Assembly (NCBI GenBank): GCA_046483495.1 | Contig: JAWODC010000082.1 | Coordinates: forward strand, 6,551-70,550 | DNA: 64,000 nt | Source of the DNA: Desulfobacterales bacterium | GTDB lineage: Bacteria > Desulfobacterota > Desulfobacteria > Desulfobacterales > UBA5616 | Reading direction: 5' to 3' | Part shown: piece after piece, positions 42,704 to 52,594 of the stretch | Numbering within the stretch: the first letter of the stretch is position 1 | Layout of the letters: each line of letters starts with the position of its first letter | Notes under the pieces: model-generated | Databases searched by the model: none | Seen by the model: the letters and a program-made list of their open reading frames with translations, nothing else | Told to the model about the DNA's origin: nothing | Program-made: the position numbers and the translations under genes

Positions 42704-44335
42704 CTAACCGGCGTAATCCATAATTTGAGTGATCGGCAGCGTGGCAATATCGATAAACTTGCCATATTCATGATCATCTTTTTCCAGAAAATCGATTATT
42801 CGAGAAAAGGTGTTTTGGGTAAAAACGGTTTGCCCGCGAACGTTTCGGTTTACACCGAATTGAAGGCATTCGACCTGGCTTGCATCGAGTTTTCCAATGA
42901 CGGATTTGGTCGTCCATATCTGCCCGTTTCGGGCGAAATCAGACAACCTCCCTGCGTAATTGATTGAATCGCCCAACGCGGTAAATTCGATGGTCGGGGC
43001 GGAACGTATCGTACCGAAAAACTCATGGCCTTCATTGATGCCGATATTCAGATACATATCCTCGAACCAGTTTTTTTTGATTTTCCATCGGCTGCTGAAT
43101 TCCTTCATCCGCTTTCTTAATTCAAGTGCGCAGTGGATCGCATTCATCAGGTAATCGTTGCCCGGCTTTTTGACGAAATAATACAGCATGCCGTCACCGG
43201 CATGCTTTCCGTATATGCCGTTGAATTCATCGAAACATCCGGCTAAGGATTCCCATAAGCCGTTGATGAGGCTGAAATACTCACCGGGAAGAAGTTCGGC
43301 GCTGATTTTTACCGAGTCCTGCAGGTCGGCGACAAGCACACATAAGGAGACCAGTGACGGCATCCGGTGCTTTAAAAGATCCTTGATGACGATTTCGCGT
43401 TTCGACAAATACGCCATGAGGTCGTGGCCGACTTCCTCTGCCGGTGCGTAAACGAAAAGTGTCCCCTCCCGAAAAACCGTCCGGTATACCTTGAAATAAT
43501 CGACACTGCCGTCCTGTTTAAACAGTTGAAGGGGTGCGCAGTCAATGGGCTCCGGCTGCTGTTTTCTGCTCGAATCCGCATCGTAGATGTCTTTCAGGCA
43601 ATCGGCTTCCGCCTCCGATATCCCCGAATAAAGGTCGGACAACGTTTCCCTCGAAAAGGCTAAACCGTCGATCGGCATATGGTGGGAAACGATATCTTTC
43701 CAGTTGGCGACCCTGGATTGAAACTCGAACCCGAAAAACAGTTTGAATATGTTTCGTGATTCGATATCCGTGATGTCGGTGATGCGCCTGTTGAATATCA
43801 GCTTTTCCGCCTCCGGGTTGATCCATTCCACCTCGAAATTGTGGTTGACCAGATAGGCAGGGATCTTCAGATCGCTGATGGTGAGGGTAAAATCGCGCCT
43901 GTCGACGGAAATCGCAGCATCCCTTATTTCCGGTTTATCGGGTTTCAAAGGAATTCTTTCCGGCATTTCCGTTTGTTTCAGGGGCATGCTTTCGGGCGCC
44001 ACGTCATCGGGCTCTATATGCCCGGCGGCTTCTACATCACTTTCCCGATCGGGGAACATGTGAACGACCCGCGAGTCTTTGCCGAATTGTCGGGCGATTC
44101 TCTCCATGGGCTCACCCTCCTGTTTTAACCGTTTCACAAGGTCTATCCGCCAAATGACACTTTCGGGAAAGTACCCGATATGCTTGGTGCCCTGCAGGTC
44201 TTCACCGGCTTTTCTGACATCCGGTTTGGGCAAAATTCCCATTTTGATATAATTATTCAGTGTCGCGCGGGAAATGCCCGTCTTTTTAAGAACCTCTTTG
44301 CTGGTGATCATGTTTTGCGTTTTGGAATCGTCCAT
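42704..44335 (-). CDS. MerR-like HTH - PAS-like - class III adenylate cyclase fusion
   Basis: ITSKEVLKKTGISRATLNNYIKMGILPKP HTH; AYLVNHNFEVEWINPEA PAS start; ADLQDS, GKHAGDG, FTALGDSINYAGRL cyclase motifs. Confidence 0.88.
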   Translation of the reverse strand: MDDSKTQNMITSKEVLKKTGISRATLNNYIKMGILPKPDVRKAGEDLQGTKHIGYFPESVIWRIDLVKRLKQEGEPMERIARQFGKDSRVVHMFPDRESDVEAAGHIEPDDVAPESMPLKQTEMPERIPLKPDKPEIRDAAISVDRRDFTLTISDLKIPAYLVNHNFEVEWINPEAEKLIFNRRITDITDIESRNIFKLFFGFEFQSRVANWKDIVSHHMPIDGLAFSRETLSDLYSGISEAEADCLKDIYDADSSRKQQPEPIDCAPLQLFKQDGSVDYFKVYRTVFREGTLFVYAPAEEVGHDLMAYLSKREIVIKDLLKHRMPSLVSLCVLVADLQDSVKISAELLPGEYFSLINGLWESLAGCFDEFNGIYGKHAGDGMLYYFVKKPGNDYLMNAIHCALELRKRMKEFSSRWKIKKNWFEDMYLNIGINEGHEFFGTIRSAPTIEFTALGDSINYAGRLSDFARNGQIWTTKSVIGKLDASQVECLQFGVNRNVRGQTVFTQNTFSRIIDFLEKDDHEYGKFIDIATLPITQIMDYAG

Positions 44336-44400
44336 AATCATCTCTTTGCGTGTATGGTGGTTTAACCGGCGCAAAAATCAGAAGAATCGCTCCTGCACTC

Positions 44401-44417
44401 ATTTAAACAGTTTAAAT
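44401..44417. promoter_or_regulatory. Perfect operator-like palindrome overlapping the cyclase-gene promoter
   Basis: ATTTAAAC-A-GTTTAAAT; minus-strand TTGACA at 44428-44423. Confidence 0.65.
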
Positions 44418-44512
44418 ACTAATGTCAAGATGTTTTTTACAACTGTATAAATATTATGATATCTTTAAATTATCAATAAACCAACCAGAACATACGAAGG
44501 ATACCGGACTTT

Positions 44513-44528
44513 ATTTAAACTGTTTAAA
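44513..44528. promoter_or_regulatory. Second copy of the palindrome
   Basis: ATTTAAAC-T-GTTTAAA. Confidence 0.6.
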
Positions 44529-44595
44529 GGTTATGCTTATACATTTTTATCGTGCAGCTTAGTACAGTTAATGTCCACCGATTGACGGCTCATTA

Positions 44596-45056
44596 TCAAA
44601 ATTCCGAGCCCGAAACATCGTGTGTAATAATATGACATGACGATTGCCGGTATACGGACTTGCGCCCTTTGGCCGAAGACCGCAATACATCGACGTTGAT
44701 GTCGACGTAATCGTAGATGACCGCCGATGCCTTGCCCGGAGCCGGCCGCAGCACTCTTCCCATGTACTGCAGTATTCGTCCGCTGAACTTCACGGGTGTC
44801 GCCAGAAACAGGCCGGTCAGCCGTTCATTGTCGAATCCTTCACCGACAATTGACGCATGTACCCCCTTGGAATCCATAAGGCGGCACCCCGCTTTCTATA
44901 GCATTTCACGATTCTCGGAACACCCCTGTTCCATCGCCCCATCCGTTTGTTTTCCAGCCATTTGGGATTTTCGAGCTGCAGCTTTTGGACAAGTTTGTCG
45001 GCGACCGCCGGCGGCACATCCGTCAGCTTTACATGTTGTTTTAAAATAATTTCCAT
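44596..45056 (-). pseudogene. SF2 (DEAD/DEAH-like) helicase with the core deleted; N- and C-termini joined out of frame
   Basis: N-term MEIILK...LENPKWLENKRMGRW...IPRGYMRQL abuts motif V/VI fragment VGEGFD...LFLATP...QYMGRVLR...IYDYVD; no Walker A or DEAH motif. Confidence 0.8.
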
Positions 45057-45403
45057 ATTATCGGAGCTTTCGCCGAACATAATTACTTAAACCATGAATT
45101 TAATATATTATCTACATAGTTTCGTTATAATTGACAATTTTTTATTCGGATTTTCAGTTCAGCGATTTCTTTTTCGTCACGGTCGTCCAAAAAGCCCCGG
45201 ACCATCGCCTAAACCTCGAATTGTTCCCGCCGGTAATCGTCCATCGTTCTTCCCGACGCGTAAGCGCTCACGATTTCAATTCATAAAAAGATCAAACTCT
45301 GGTATAGGATTTTCATAATTAAAAAATCGTGTTTATATAACGGTATAACCAGGGTAATTGCAAGGACATCGTCTTGGGTGCCGCACTGTGAGATGTATAC
45401 GGG

Positions 45404-48400
45404 ATGAGAAAAAATGACCCCATTGCCGTTGTCGGCATTTCCGGCATATTTCCCGGAGCTTCCGACCTCGATCAATTCTGGAGTAATCTGATTCACAAAC
45501 GAAGTGCCGTTGACCGGGTAAAACCGCACCGCTGGGCCGCACCTCCGGAATGGATGGTTTCGCGCAGCGGAATACAGGATAAGGCCTATACCGCCCGATC
45601 ATGTCACATTCCGGAATTTTTGGTGGATGCCGACGGACTCGATATCGATCCGGCTCTCCTTCGTGAACTGGACCCTCTTTACCATTTCGTGCTTCATACC
45701 GGAAAAGCGGCCCTGAACCAGTGCAGACATGCTTTGGTTGACCGGGAAAAAGCCGGTGTCTGCCTGGCTGCCATCGTTCTCCCCACGGATTCAGCGACGC
45801 GCATTACACGTTGGATTTTTGGCAGGGATTTTTCGGAAAGACTCTTCACGACCGCCGGCAGCCATCCGGCGCCGGACCGGCATGCGATGCTGTCCGCCAG
45901 GGTCGCCGCATTTCCGGCTGCGCTCCTGGCAAATGCCCTCAATCTGGGCGGCGGCGCCTTTACCCTGGATGCAGCATGCGCCTCGTCCTTGTATGCCGTA
46001 AAGCTCGCCTGCGACGAACTCCGGGACGGCCGTGCCGATCTTATGCTGGCCGGCGGTGTTTCGAGGCCGGATGCCCTCTTTACGCAAGTCGGTTTTTCGC
46101 AACTAAAAGCCCTCTCCCCTTCCGGACGCTGCGCCCCGTTCGATGAACGTGCGGACGGCCTCGTGGTCGGTGAAGGCGCCGGCATGCTCGTCCTGAAGCG
46201 CCTTTCGGATTCCGTCAGGGACAAGGATACTATTTATGGTATAATCCGCAGCATCGGTTTGTCAAACGACATGCGCGGCAATCTGTTGGCGCCTGACACC
46301 GAGGGCCAGGTGCGTGCCATGACCCGGGCGTACGATGCCGCCGGGTGGCGCCCGGATGATGTAGACCTTATCGAATGCCACGGCGCCGGAACAACCGTTG
46401 GAGACAGGATCGAGCTGAATTCGATGATGGCGCTGTGGGAGGGGTTCGCCTGGTCTCCCGGCCAATGTCCGATAGGCTCGGTGAAATCGGCAATCGGCCA
46501 TCTCCTGACGGGTGCAGGCGTGGCCGGCATTATTAAAACGCTTATGGGATTAGCTCATCACACGCTGCCGCCCTCCTTAAACTTTACCCGACCCCCAAAC
46601 AACAGCCCCCTGCCCCAGAGCCCCTTCAGAGTGCAGACGGAACCCGAACCCTGGCCGGTCAAAAAGGATGGGACACCACGGCGCGCTGCGGTCAGTGCAT
46701 TCGGTTTCGGCGGCACCAACGGCCATATTTTGCTGGAAGAATATGTGCCGTCCCGCAAGCCGGATTTACCCGTTGAAGTGCGATCCGAAAATACGGCCGG
46801 CAGGGATTGTTTCGAGGTTCGTGAAAAGCATGAACCGATCGCCATCATCGGCATGGAGGCACTGTTCGGCGGGCTTGGTTCCCTCGAATCATTTCAGGAA
46901 GCCGTGTTCAAAGGAGAATCCGCGATCCGGCATCGTCCTGAATCCCGATGGAGGGGCTGTGACGATCTTATGGAGCGCATGTTCGGACTTGGCGGAATTC
47001 GGGGCAACTTCACAGAGACCTTCGACCTGCCGTTCGGCCGATTTCATATACCACCCCGGGAAATTCCTGAAATTTTGCCGCAGCAGCTTTTGATGCTCAC
47101 AACAGCCGCCGGGGCCATGAGGGATGCAGGCCTGGCCGTCACGGGCAAACGCCCGAAAATGAGCGCCTTGATCGGCATCGGCTTCGATTTCGAGACAACC
47201 GGCTTTCATCTGAGGTGGGGCTTGCATAACCAGATTGAACGGTGGAATCGCGAATACGCCCTGAACCTGTCCGAACAACAGCGTAATGCCTGGGAGCAAA
47301 TGCTGATGGAAGAAATGGGGCCGCCGTTGACCGCCGCCGCGACCATCGGAAATCTGGGCAGTATCGTAGCCAGCCGTATCGCTCGGGAATTTCAATTCGG
47401 CGGTCCGAGTTACTCCGTTTCAAATGATGACGTCTCGGGATTGAAGGCTCTTGAAATCGGCGTTCGCTCCCTTCAGCAGGGAGAGTCCGACGCCGTACTG
47501 GTGGGCGCCGTAGACCTGTTCGGCGACCCTCGAAACCTTGCCTGCCGGCGCGGCGCCAGGCCGTTTGCAATGTCCGATCGCCTGCTTCCGTTCGATGAAA
47601 GGGCGGACGGCGCGCTTCCCGGCGAAGGGGCCGCGGCGCTCATAATCAAGCGTTTTTCCGATGCGATTGAAGACGGCGACCGGATATACGCCGTGATCAG
47701 GGGAGTCGGCAAAGCTTCCAACGCCTGTGGCGACACGGGGTGCATCGAATCCGGTGTGTATGCCCGGTCCATGGCCCAGGCACTGGTGGAAGCCGATGTT
47801 TCCCCGAATGCCGTAGGGCTTATCGAAGCCCACGGCAGCGGTGATCCGATGGAAGACCGTGTCGAAATCCGCGCTTTTCACGATTTTTTCGGCCGCCGGA
47901 AAAGTGCCGCCCATGCATGCGCTATTGGAACGGTCAAGCCGGTCATCGGCCACACCGGAGCCGCCGCCGGACTGGCATCCGTTGTAAAGGCCGCGCTGTG
48001 TGCGCACCGTCATGTCATTGCACCCGTACCGGGATTTCAGCGGGCCGGTGAACCGATAGATCACCGGCGGTTCCACATACCGGCTCTTCCCCAATACTGG
48101 CATACGGACGGTTCGAATCAGCTCCGAAATGCGTTGATCTGCGCGATGACAACGGACGGCAACTGCATGCACGTGGTCCTTTCGGAGCCCGAAAGGGATA
48201 CACGAAACCACCGCCCCGAGGTATCTTCCAACATATGGCGTGAACGCAAAAGACCTGTCGGCGCCATGCCCCACGGGCTGTTTTGGGTCACAGCCGAAAA
48301 CAAACAGGGACTGATCGAACGCCTGGACACGCTTTCGGCGTTTTTTTCGGAACCCGGCAACTGCAACCTTCCTTTAGAAGACGCCGCCTGCAGATGGCAC

Positions 48401-51400
48401 CGGTCTTTTCCGGCCGGGGCCTCGGACGGGGTTTCCGTCGTCATCGTCACTGCCGAACGAAGCCGCCTCGAGGAATGGATATCCCGTGCGAAGGAAGCCG
48501 TATTCGAAAACCGTCACGTGAGCATTACCGGCCCGGAAGGCGTGTGCTATTCGCCGAACGCGCTGGGCCCGCAAAGCCGAATCGCTTTTGTATATCCCGG
48601 TTCGGGTAATCATTACATTGGTATGGGCCGCGATATCAGCCTCCTCTGGCCGGAAGTGATCGGAAAAATGGAGCGTGAAACCGCATCGCTGAAAGCCCAG
48701 GTGCTACCACACCTCTTCGTCCCGTGGCGGGTGAACTGGGACGACGGGTGGGAACAAGAAACCCACGCAGCTATAGCCGCCAATCCCCTGAATATGATCA
48801 TCGGCCAGGTTGCTTATGGATGCATGATGACGGAACTCATCCAGAGGTTCACTATTCGGCCGGATGCGGTGATCGGGTACAGCCTGGGCGAATCCACCGG
48901 ATATTTCGCCCTTCATGTGTGGCAGGATCGTGCACTGATGCTCGACCGGATGCATGCATCCGATTTGTTTACCGACCGGCTTGCCGGTCCATGCACGGCC
49001 GTAAGGCGCATGTGGGGCCTTTCTCCGGAGCAGGAATTAAACTGGTGTACCGCCGTTGTAAACCGTTCCGTTGAAGACGTGCAATCCGCCCTGAAGCATC
49101 ATCCGCTGGTGAGATGCCTGATCGTAAACACCCGCCGTCAATGCGTGATCGGCGGGCACAGGCCCGATGTTTCCACCGTAGTCGACGCGCTTGCCTGCGA
49201 AGCCGTTTTCCTGGACGGTGTGTTGGCGGTTCACAGTGATGCGGCGCAGCCTGCCGCCAAGGACTACAAAGCCCTTCATGAATTCCCGGTCAATCCGCCG
49301 AAAAACGTGACGTTTTACAGTTGTGCCGACGGAAAGGTTCGAACCCTTACCAGCCGTAGCGCCGCCGAATCCATCCTGAAACAGGCGCTACACGGTTTCG
49401 ATTTCACCCAAACGATCGAACAGGCCTATGCAGACGGTATTCGCATTTTTATTGAAATGGGACCCCATGCGTCCTGTACGGGCATGATTCGAACCATCTT
49501 GCAGGGGCGCCCCCATGCGGCGGCATCGCTCAGTTTTCGGGGAGAGAGTGAATACCTGTCCGTTTTAAAATGTCTGGCTGCCGTGCTGTCGGAAGGCGTC
49601 CCCGCCGACCTGTCCGCCCTGTTCAGCCTGGCCGACGAATCGCCGGTCCCGGACGATGCGGTTTCTGCGCCCTCGAAAAAACATGTCGTTTCAGTGGCGG
49701 TCGGCGGACCGCCCCCTTGCCCGGTGCCGCCGGGCCCGATGGGAACGGGTCGTGACACGAACGTTTTGCGAAAAGCGGCATCAACGGAGAATGCCGGGAG
49801 CCTGCCGGACGCAGCCGAAACACGCCTTCAAACCGGCAACCGTTCATCCGGAGTGATATATCGCGATCTTATCGCCGCTGTACCCGGCATCAATGAAGCG
49901 GCATCGCGAGCCCACGAAACGTTTCTTTCCCTGTCCATGGAGATTCAAAAAAATCAAGCCCAGGCCTTTAAACTCCAGAACCGTCTGTTGGAAATGATGC
50001 TGCGCGATCCCGCTGAACCGAATACCGCGGTCTTTACCAAGGACATGCCGGCCGATGATGCAATCCGTCGCTGGCCGCAGGATATTTATCGTCACGGAAA
50101 AGCCCCTTATCCGGAAGCATCCGATTCCATCGCGTTTTCACGGCAGATGTGCATGGAATTCGCCGTCGGATCGGCAGCCAAGGTCCTCGGTCCGGAATTC
50201 GCCGTCATCGACACGTACGAAAAGCGGGTCCGTCTTCCGGATGAACCCCTGATGCTGGTGGATCGGATTTTGTCGATCACCGGCGAGAAATGCTCCCTTA
50301 CGGGCGGAAAAATCGTTACCGAACATGATGTCGCCCCTCAGGCCTGGTACCTGGACGGCGGCAAGGCACCGACCTGCATCGCCGTGGAGGCGGGGCAGGC
50401 GGACCTGTTCTTATGCGCCTATTTGGGAATCGATCACCGGGTCAAAGGACAGCGGGTTTACCGCCTGCTCGATGCCACTGTGGAATTTCACCGCGGCCTT
50501 CCGGAACCGGGGGACATTATCCAATACCACATATTCATCGATCGATTTGTCCGCCAGGGAGAAACCTACCTGTTCTTCTTCAATTTTGAAGGATACATTC
50601 GCGGCGAACCGCTCATCACCATGACAAACGGCTGCGCGGGCTTTTTTACCGAGGCGGAGGTGAACCATTCAGGCGGCATTCTCAGGGCACCCGATGAGCA
50701 GCTTTCGTCCTCCGGGGCCGGGAATGCACCGCTGTTCGTACCGGTCCGGTTCGAGGCCGGAACCTACCCGGACCATGCGGTCGACAGCCTGAGAAGAGGC
50801 GACGCAGCGGCCTGCTTCGGAGCGGGTTTCGAGGGCGTTGTCATTCCGGAAAATCTCAGACTTCCGGGAGGTCTCATGAAGCTCGTAGACAGGGTTCTTC
50901 ATATCGACCCTGAAGGCGGCCTTTACGGCCTGGGCGTTATTCGCGCGGAGGCGGATATCCATCCGGGCGACTGGTTTCTCACGTGCCACTTCAAAGATGA
51001 CATGGTGATGCCGGGAACCCTCATGTACGAGTGCTGCGTCCATACCCTTCGGATATTTTTCCAGCAGATCGGATGGATATCGGACGTCCCCGGCGCCGCA
51101 TACGAACCGAAAACCGGCATTCAGGCGATCATGAAATGCCGCGGTCCCGTGACCCCCCGAACCCGGCACGTTCACTACGAGATCGACATAAAGGAAATGG
51201 GATACGATCCGGAGCCTTACGCGATTGCGGACGCCCACATGTTTGCTGACGGCCGCTGCATCGTCCGGTTCAGCAACATGTCCCTGAAGCTCTCCCGCAC
51301 CACTGAAAACGATGTGCGGATATTCTGGGAAAACCATGCGCATGCGAAGAAGACCGCCGTGGACGCCGAACAAACCGCTCACAAAGCGCTTTACGACCGA

Positions 51401-52537
51401 AAGCACCTGCTTGAGTTCGCACTGGGCAGTCCCGCAAAAGCGTTCGGTCCCGCATACCGGCCGTTTGAAAAAGACCGCTTCATCGCCCGCCTCCCCAATC
51501 CGCCGTACCTGTTTATGGACCGCATCGTCCGCTGCGAGCCCCGGCCGTGGGTCTTGAAACCGGGCGGATGGATCGAAGCCGAATTCGATGTGCGGCCGGA
51601 CCACTGGTATTTTTTTGCGAACAGGTCCGATACGATGCCGTTTGCCGTGCTTTTGGAGATTGCGCTTCAGCCCTGCGGATGGCTTGCCGCTTTTATGGGA
51701 TCCGCCCTTGCCGGTGAAAAAGACCTGAGATTTCGAAATCTGGACGGCAAGGCCGTTCAGTATGCAGAGGTCATGCAGGAACGAACGACCCTGACCACCC
51801 GGGCCCGGTGCAAACAGGTTTCAACGGCAGGCGACATGATCATCGAATCTTTCGAGTTCGCCGTCAAAAACGGTGATTCCGTGATCTACTCGGGAGAAAC
51901 GAGTTTCGGATTCTTTACAGAGCATGCCCTCGAGCAGCAGAAAGGCATCCGGGATGCAAAAGGACGCCTTAACCCGAGGTCCAACGAACGTAAGGGAATA
52001 CACATCCACCGGAAGATTGCGAAAACAGCGCCGTTTTTTCCAAACGATCCGGACGGCAAACGGCCGACCCATCCACCGCAAACGCCCGCCCTTCCCGGCA
52101 AAGCCCTTTTGATGATCGATGACGTTCAGACGCTGCTGCCTGACGGCGGCTCTTCGGGACTGGGATTCATCCACGGCGCCAAGGCGGTCGATCCGGATGA
52201 ATGGGTGTTTGCCGCCCATTTTCTTCATGACCCGGTGTACCCCGGCTCTCTTGGGATCGAAGCGTTTGTTCAATTGTTGAAATTTTTCGCCCTGGACCGA
52301 TGGAATGGGTTGACGGATTTTTCCCGATTTGAAATGATCACCGGCCATGAACATCGATGGTCCTATCGGGGCCAGATTACCCCCCAAAACAAAAAAGTGG
52401 TGGTGGAAGCGTCCGTGACTGAACGCCGTGAAGATCCTGTGCCGTCATTGACAGCAAGCGGATTTTTGCACGTGGACGGAACCGTGATTTACGAACTCGA
52501 CAATTTCGGCATACGGGCTGCAAGAAATCGATCGTAA
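45404..52537 (+). CDS. pfaBC: Fused PfaB/PfaC-like PUFA synthase subunit (KS-CLF-AT-FabA-like DH domains)
   Basis: KS DAACASS/HGAGT/KSAIGH; second KS lacks Cys (SNDDVSG, chain-length factor); AT GYSLGE; DH motifs HFKDDMVMPG and HFLHDPVYPG. Confidence 0.92.
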   Translation: MRKNDPIAVVGISGIFPGASDLDQFWSNLIHKRSAVDRVKPHRWAAPPEWMVSRSGIQDKAYTARSCHIPEFLVDADGLDIDPALLRELDPLYHFVLHTGKAALNQCRHALVDREKAGVCLAAIVLPTDSATRITRWIFGRDFSERLFTTAGSHPAPDRHAMLSARVAAFPAALLANALNLGGGAFTLDAACASSLYAVKLACDELRDGRADLMLAGGVSRPDALFTQVGFSQLKALSPSGRCAPFDERADGLVVGEGAGMLVLKRLSDSVRDKDTIYGIIRSIGLSNDMRGNLLAPDTEGQVRAMTRAYDAAGWRPDDVDLIECHGAGTTVGDRIELNSMMALWEGFAWSPGQCPIGSVKSAIGHLLTGAGVAGIIKTLMGLAHHTLPPSLNFTRPPNNSPLPQSPFRVQTEPEPWPVKKDGTPRRAAVSAFGFGGTNGHILLEEYVPSRKPDLPVEVRSENTAGRDCFEVREKHEPIAIIGMEALFGGLGSLESFQEAVFKGESAIRHRPESRWRGCDDLMERMFGLGGIRGNFTETFDLPFGRFHIPPREIPEILPQQLLMLTTAAGAMRDAGLAVTGKRPKMSALIGIGFDFETTGFHLRWGLHNQIERWNREYALNLSEQQRNAWEQMLMEEMGPPLTAAATIGNLGSIVASRIAREFQFGGPSYSVSNDDVSGLKALEIGVRSLQQGESDAVLVGAVDLFGDPRNLACRRGARPFAMSDRLLPFDERADGALPGEGAAALIIKRFSDAIEDGDRIYAVIRGVGKASNACGDTGCIESGVYARSMAQALVEADVSPNAVGLIEAHGSGDPMEDRVEIRAFHDFFGRRKSAAHACAIGTVKPVIGHTGAAAGLASVVKAALCAHRHVIAPVPGFQRAGEPIDHRRFHIPALPQYWHTDGSNQLRNALICAMTTDGNCMHVVLSEPERDTRNHRPEVSSNIWRERKRPVGAMPHGLFWVTAENKQGLIERLDTLSAFFSEPGNCNLPLEDAACRWHRSFPAGASDGVSVVIVTAERSRLEEWISRAKEAVFENRHVSITGPEGVCYSPNALGPQSRIAFVYPGSGNHYIGMGRDISLLWPEVIGKMERETASLKAQVLPHLFVPWRVNWDDGWEQETHAAIAANPLNMIIGQVAYGCMMTELIQRFTIRPDAVIGYSLGESTGYFALHVWQDRALMLDRMHASDLFTDRLAGPCTAVRRMWGLSPEQELNWCTAVVNRSVEDVQSALKHHPLVRCLIVNTRRQCVIGGHRPDVSTVVDALACEAVFLDGVLAVHSDAAQPAAKDYKALHEFPVNPPKNVTFYSCADGKVRTLTSRSAAESILKQALHGFDFTQTIEQAYADGIRIFIEMGPHASCTGMIRTILQGRPHAAASLSFRGESEYLSVLKCLAAVLSEGVPADLSALFSLADESPVPDDAVSAPSKKHVVSVAVGGPPPCPVPPGPMGTGRDTNVLRKAASTENAGSLPDAAETRLQTGNRSSGVIYRDLIAAVPGINEAASRAHETFLSLSMEIQKNQAQAFKLQNRLLEMMLRDPAEPNTAVFTKDMPADDAIRRWPQDIYRHGKAPYPEASDSIAFSRQMCMEFAVGSAAKVLGPEFAVIDTYEKRVRLPDEPLMLVDRILSITGEKCSLTGGKIVTEHDVAPQAWYLDGGKAPTCIAVEAGQADLFLCAYLGIDHRVKGQRVYRLLDATVEFHRGLPEPGDIIQYHIFIDRFVRQGETYLFFFNFEGYIRGEPLITMTNGCAGFFTEAEVNHSGGILRAPDEQLSSSGAGNAPLFVPVRFEAGTYPDHAVDSLRRGDAAACFGAGFEGVVIPENLRLPGGLMKLVDRVLHIDPEGGLYGLGVIRAEADIHPGDWFLTCHFKDDMVMPGTLMYECCVHTLRIFFQQIGWISDVPGAAYEPKTGIQAIMKCRGPVTPRTRHVHYEIDIKEMGYDPEPYAIADAHMFADGRCIVRFSNMSLKLSRTTENDVRIFWENHAHAKKTAVDAEQTAHKALYDRKHLLEFALGSPAKAFGPAYRPFEKDRFIARLPNPPYLFMDRIVRCEPRPWVLKPGGWIEAEFDVRPDHWYFFANRSDTMPFAVLLEIALQPCGWLAAFMGSALAGEKDLRFRNLDGKAVQYAEVMQERTTLTTRARCKQVSTAGDMIIESFEFAVKNGDSVIYSGETSFGFFTEHALEQQKGIRDAKGRLNPRSNERKGIHIHRKIAKTAPFFPNDPDGKRPTHPPQTPALPGKALLMIDDVQTLLPDGGSSGLGFIHGAKAVDPDEWVFAAHFLHDPVYPGSLGIEAFVQLLKFFALDRWNGLTDFSRFEMITGHEHRWSYRGQITPQNKKVVVEASVTERREDPVPSLTASGFLHVDGTVIYELDNFGIRAARNRS

Positions 52538-52594
52538 TGCGGCCGCATCGCCTTTTCGCCGTTGAATACGCCGAAACCGCCTGCAGACAGAACC

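Noticed and set aside
45331-45350. GTTTATATAACGGTATAACC upstream of pfaBC as another copy of the operator palindrome
   Set aside because: Spacing and left arm deviate from the consensus; indistinguishable from AT-rich promoter background
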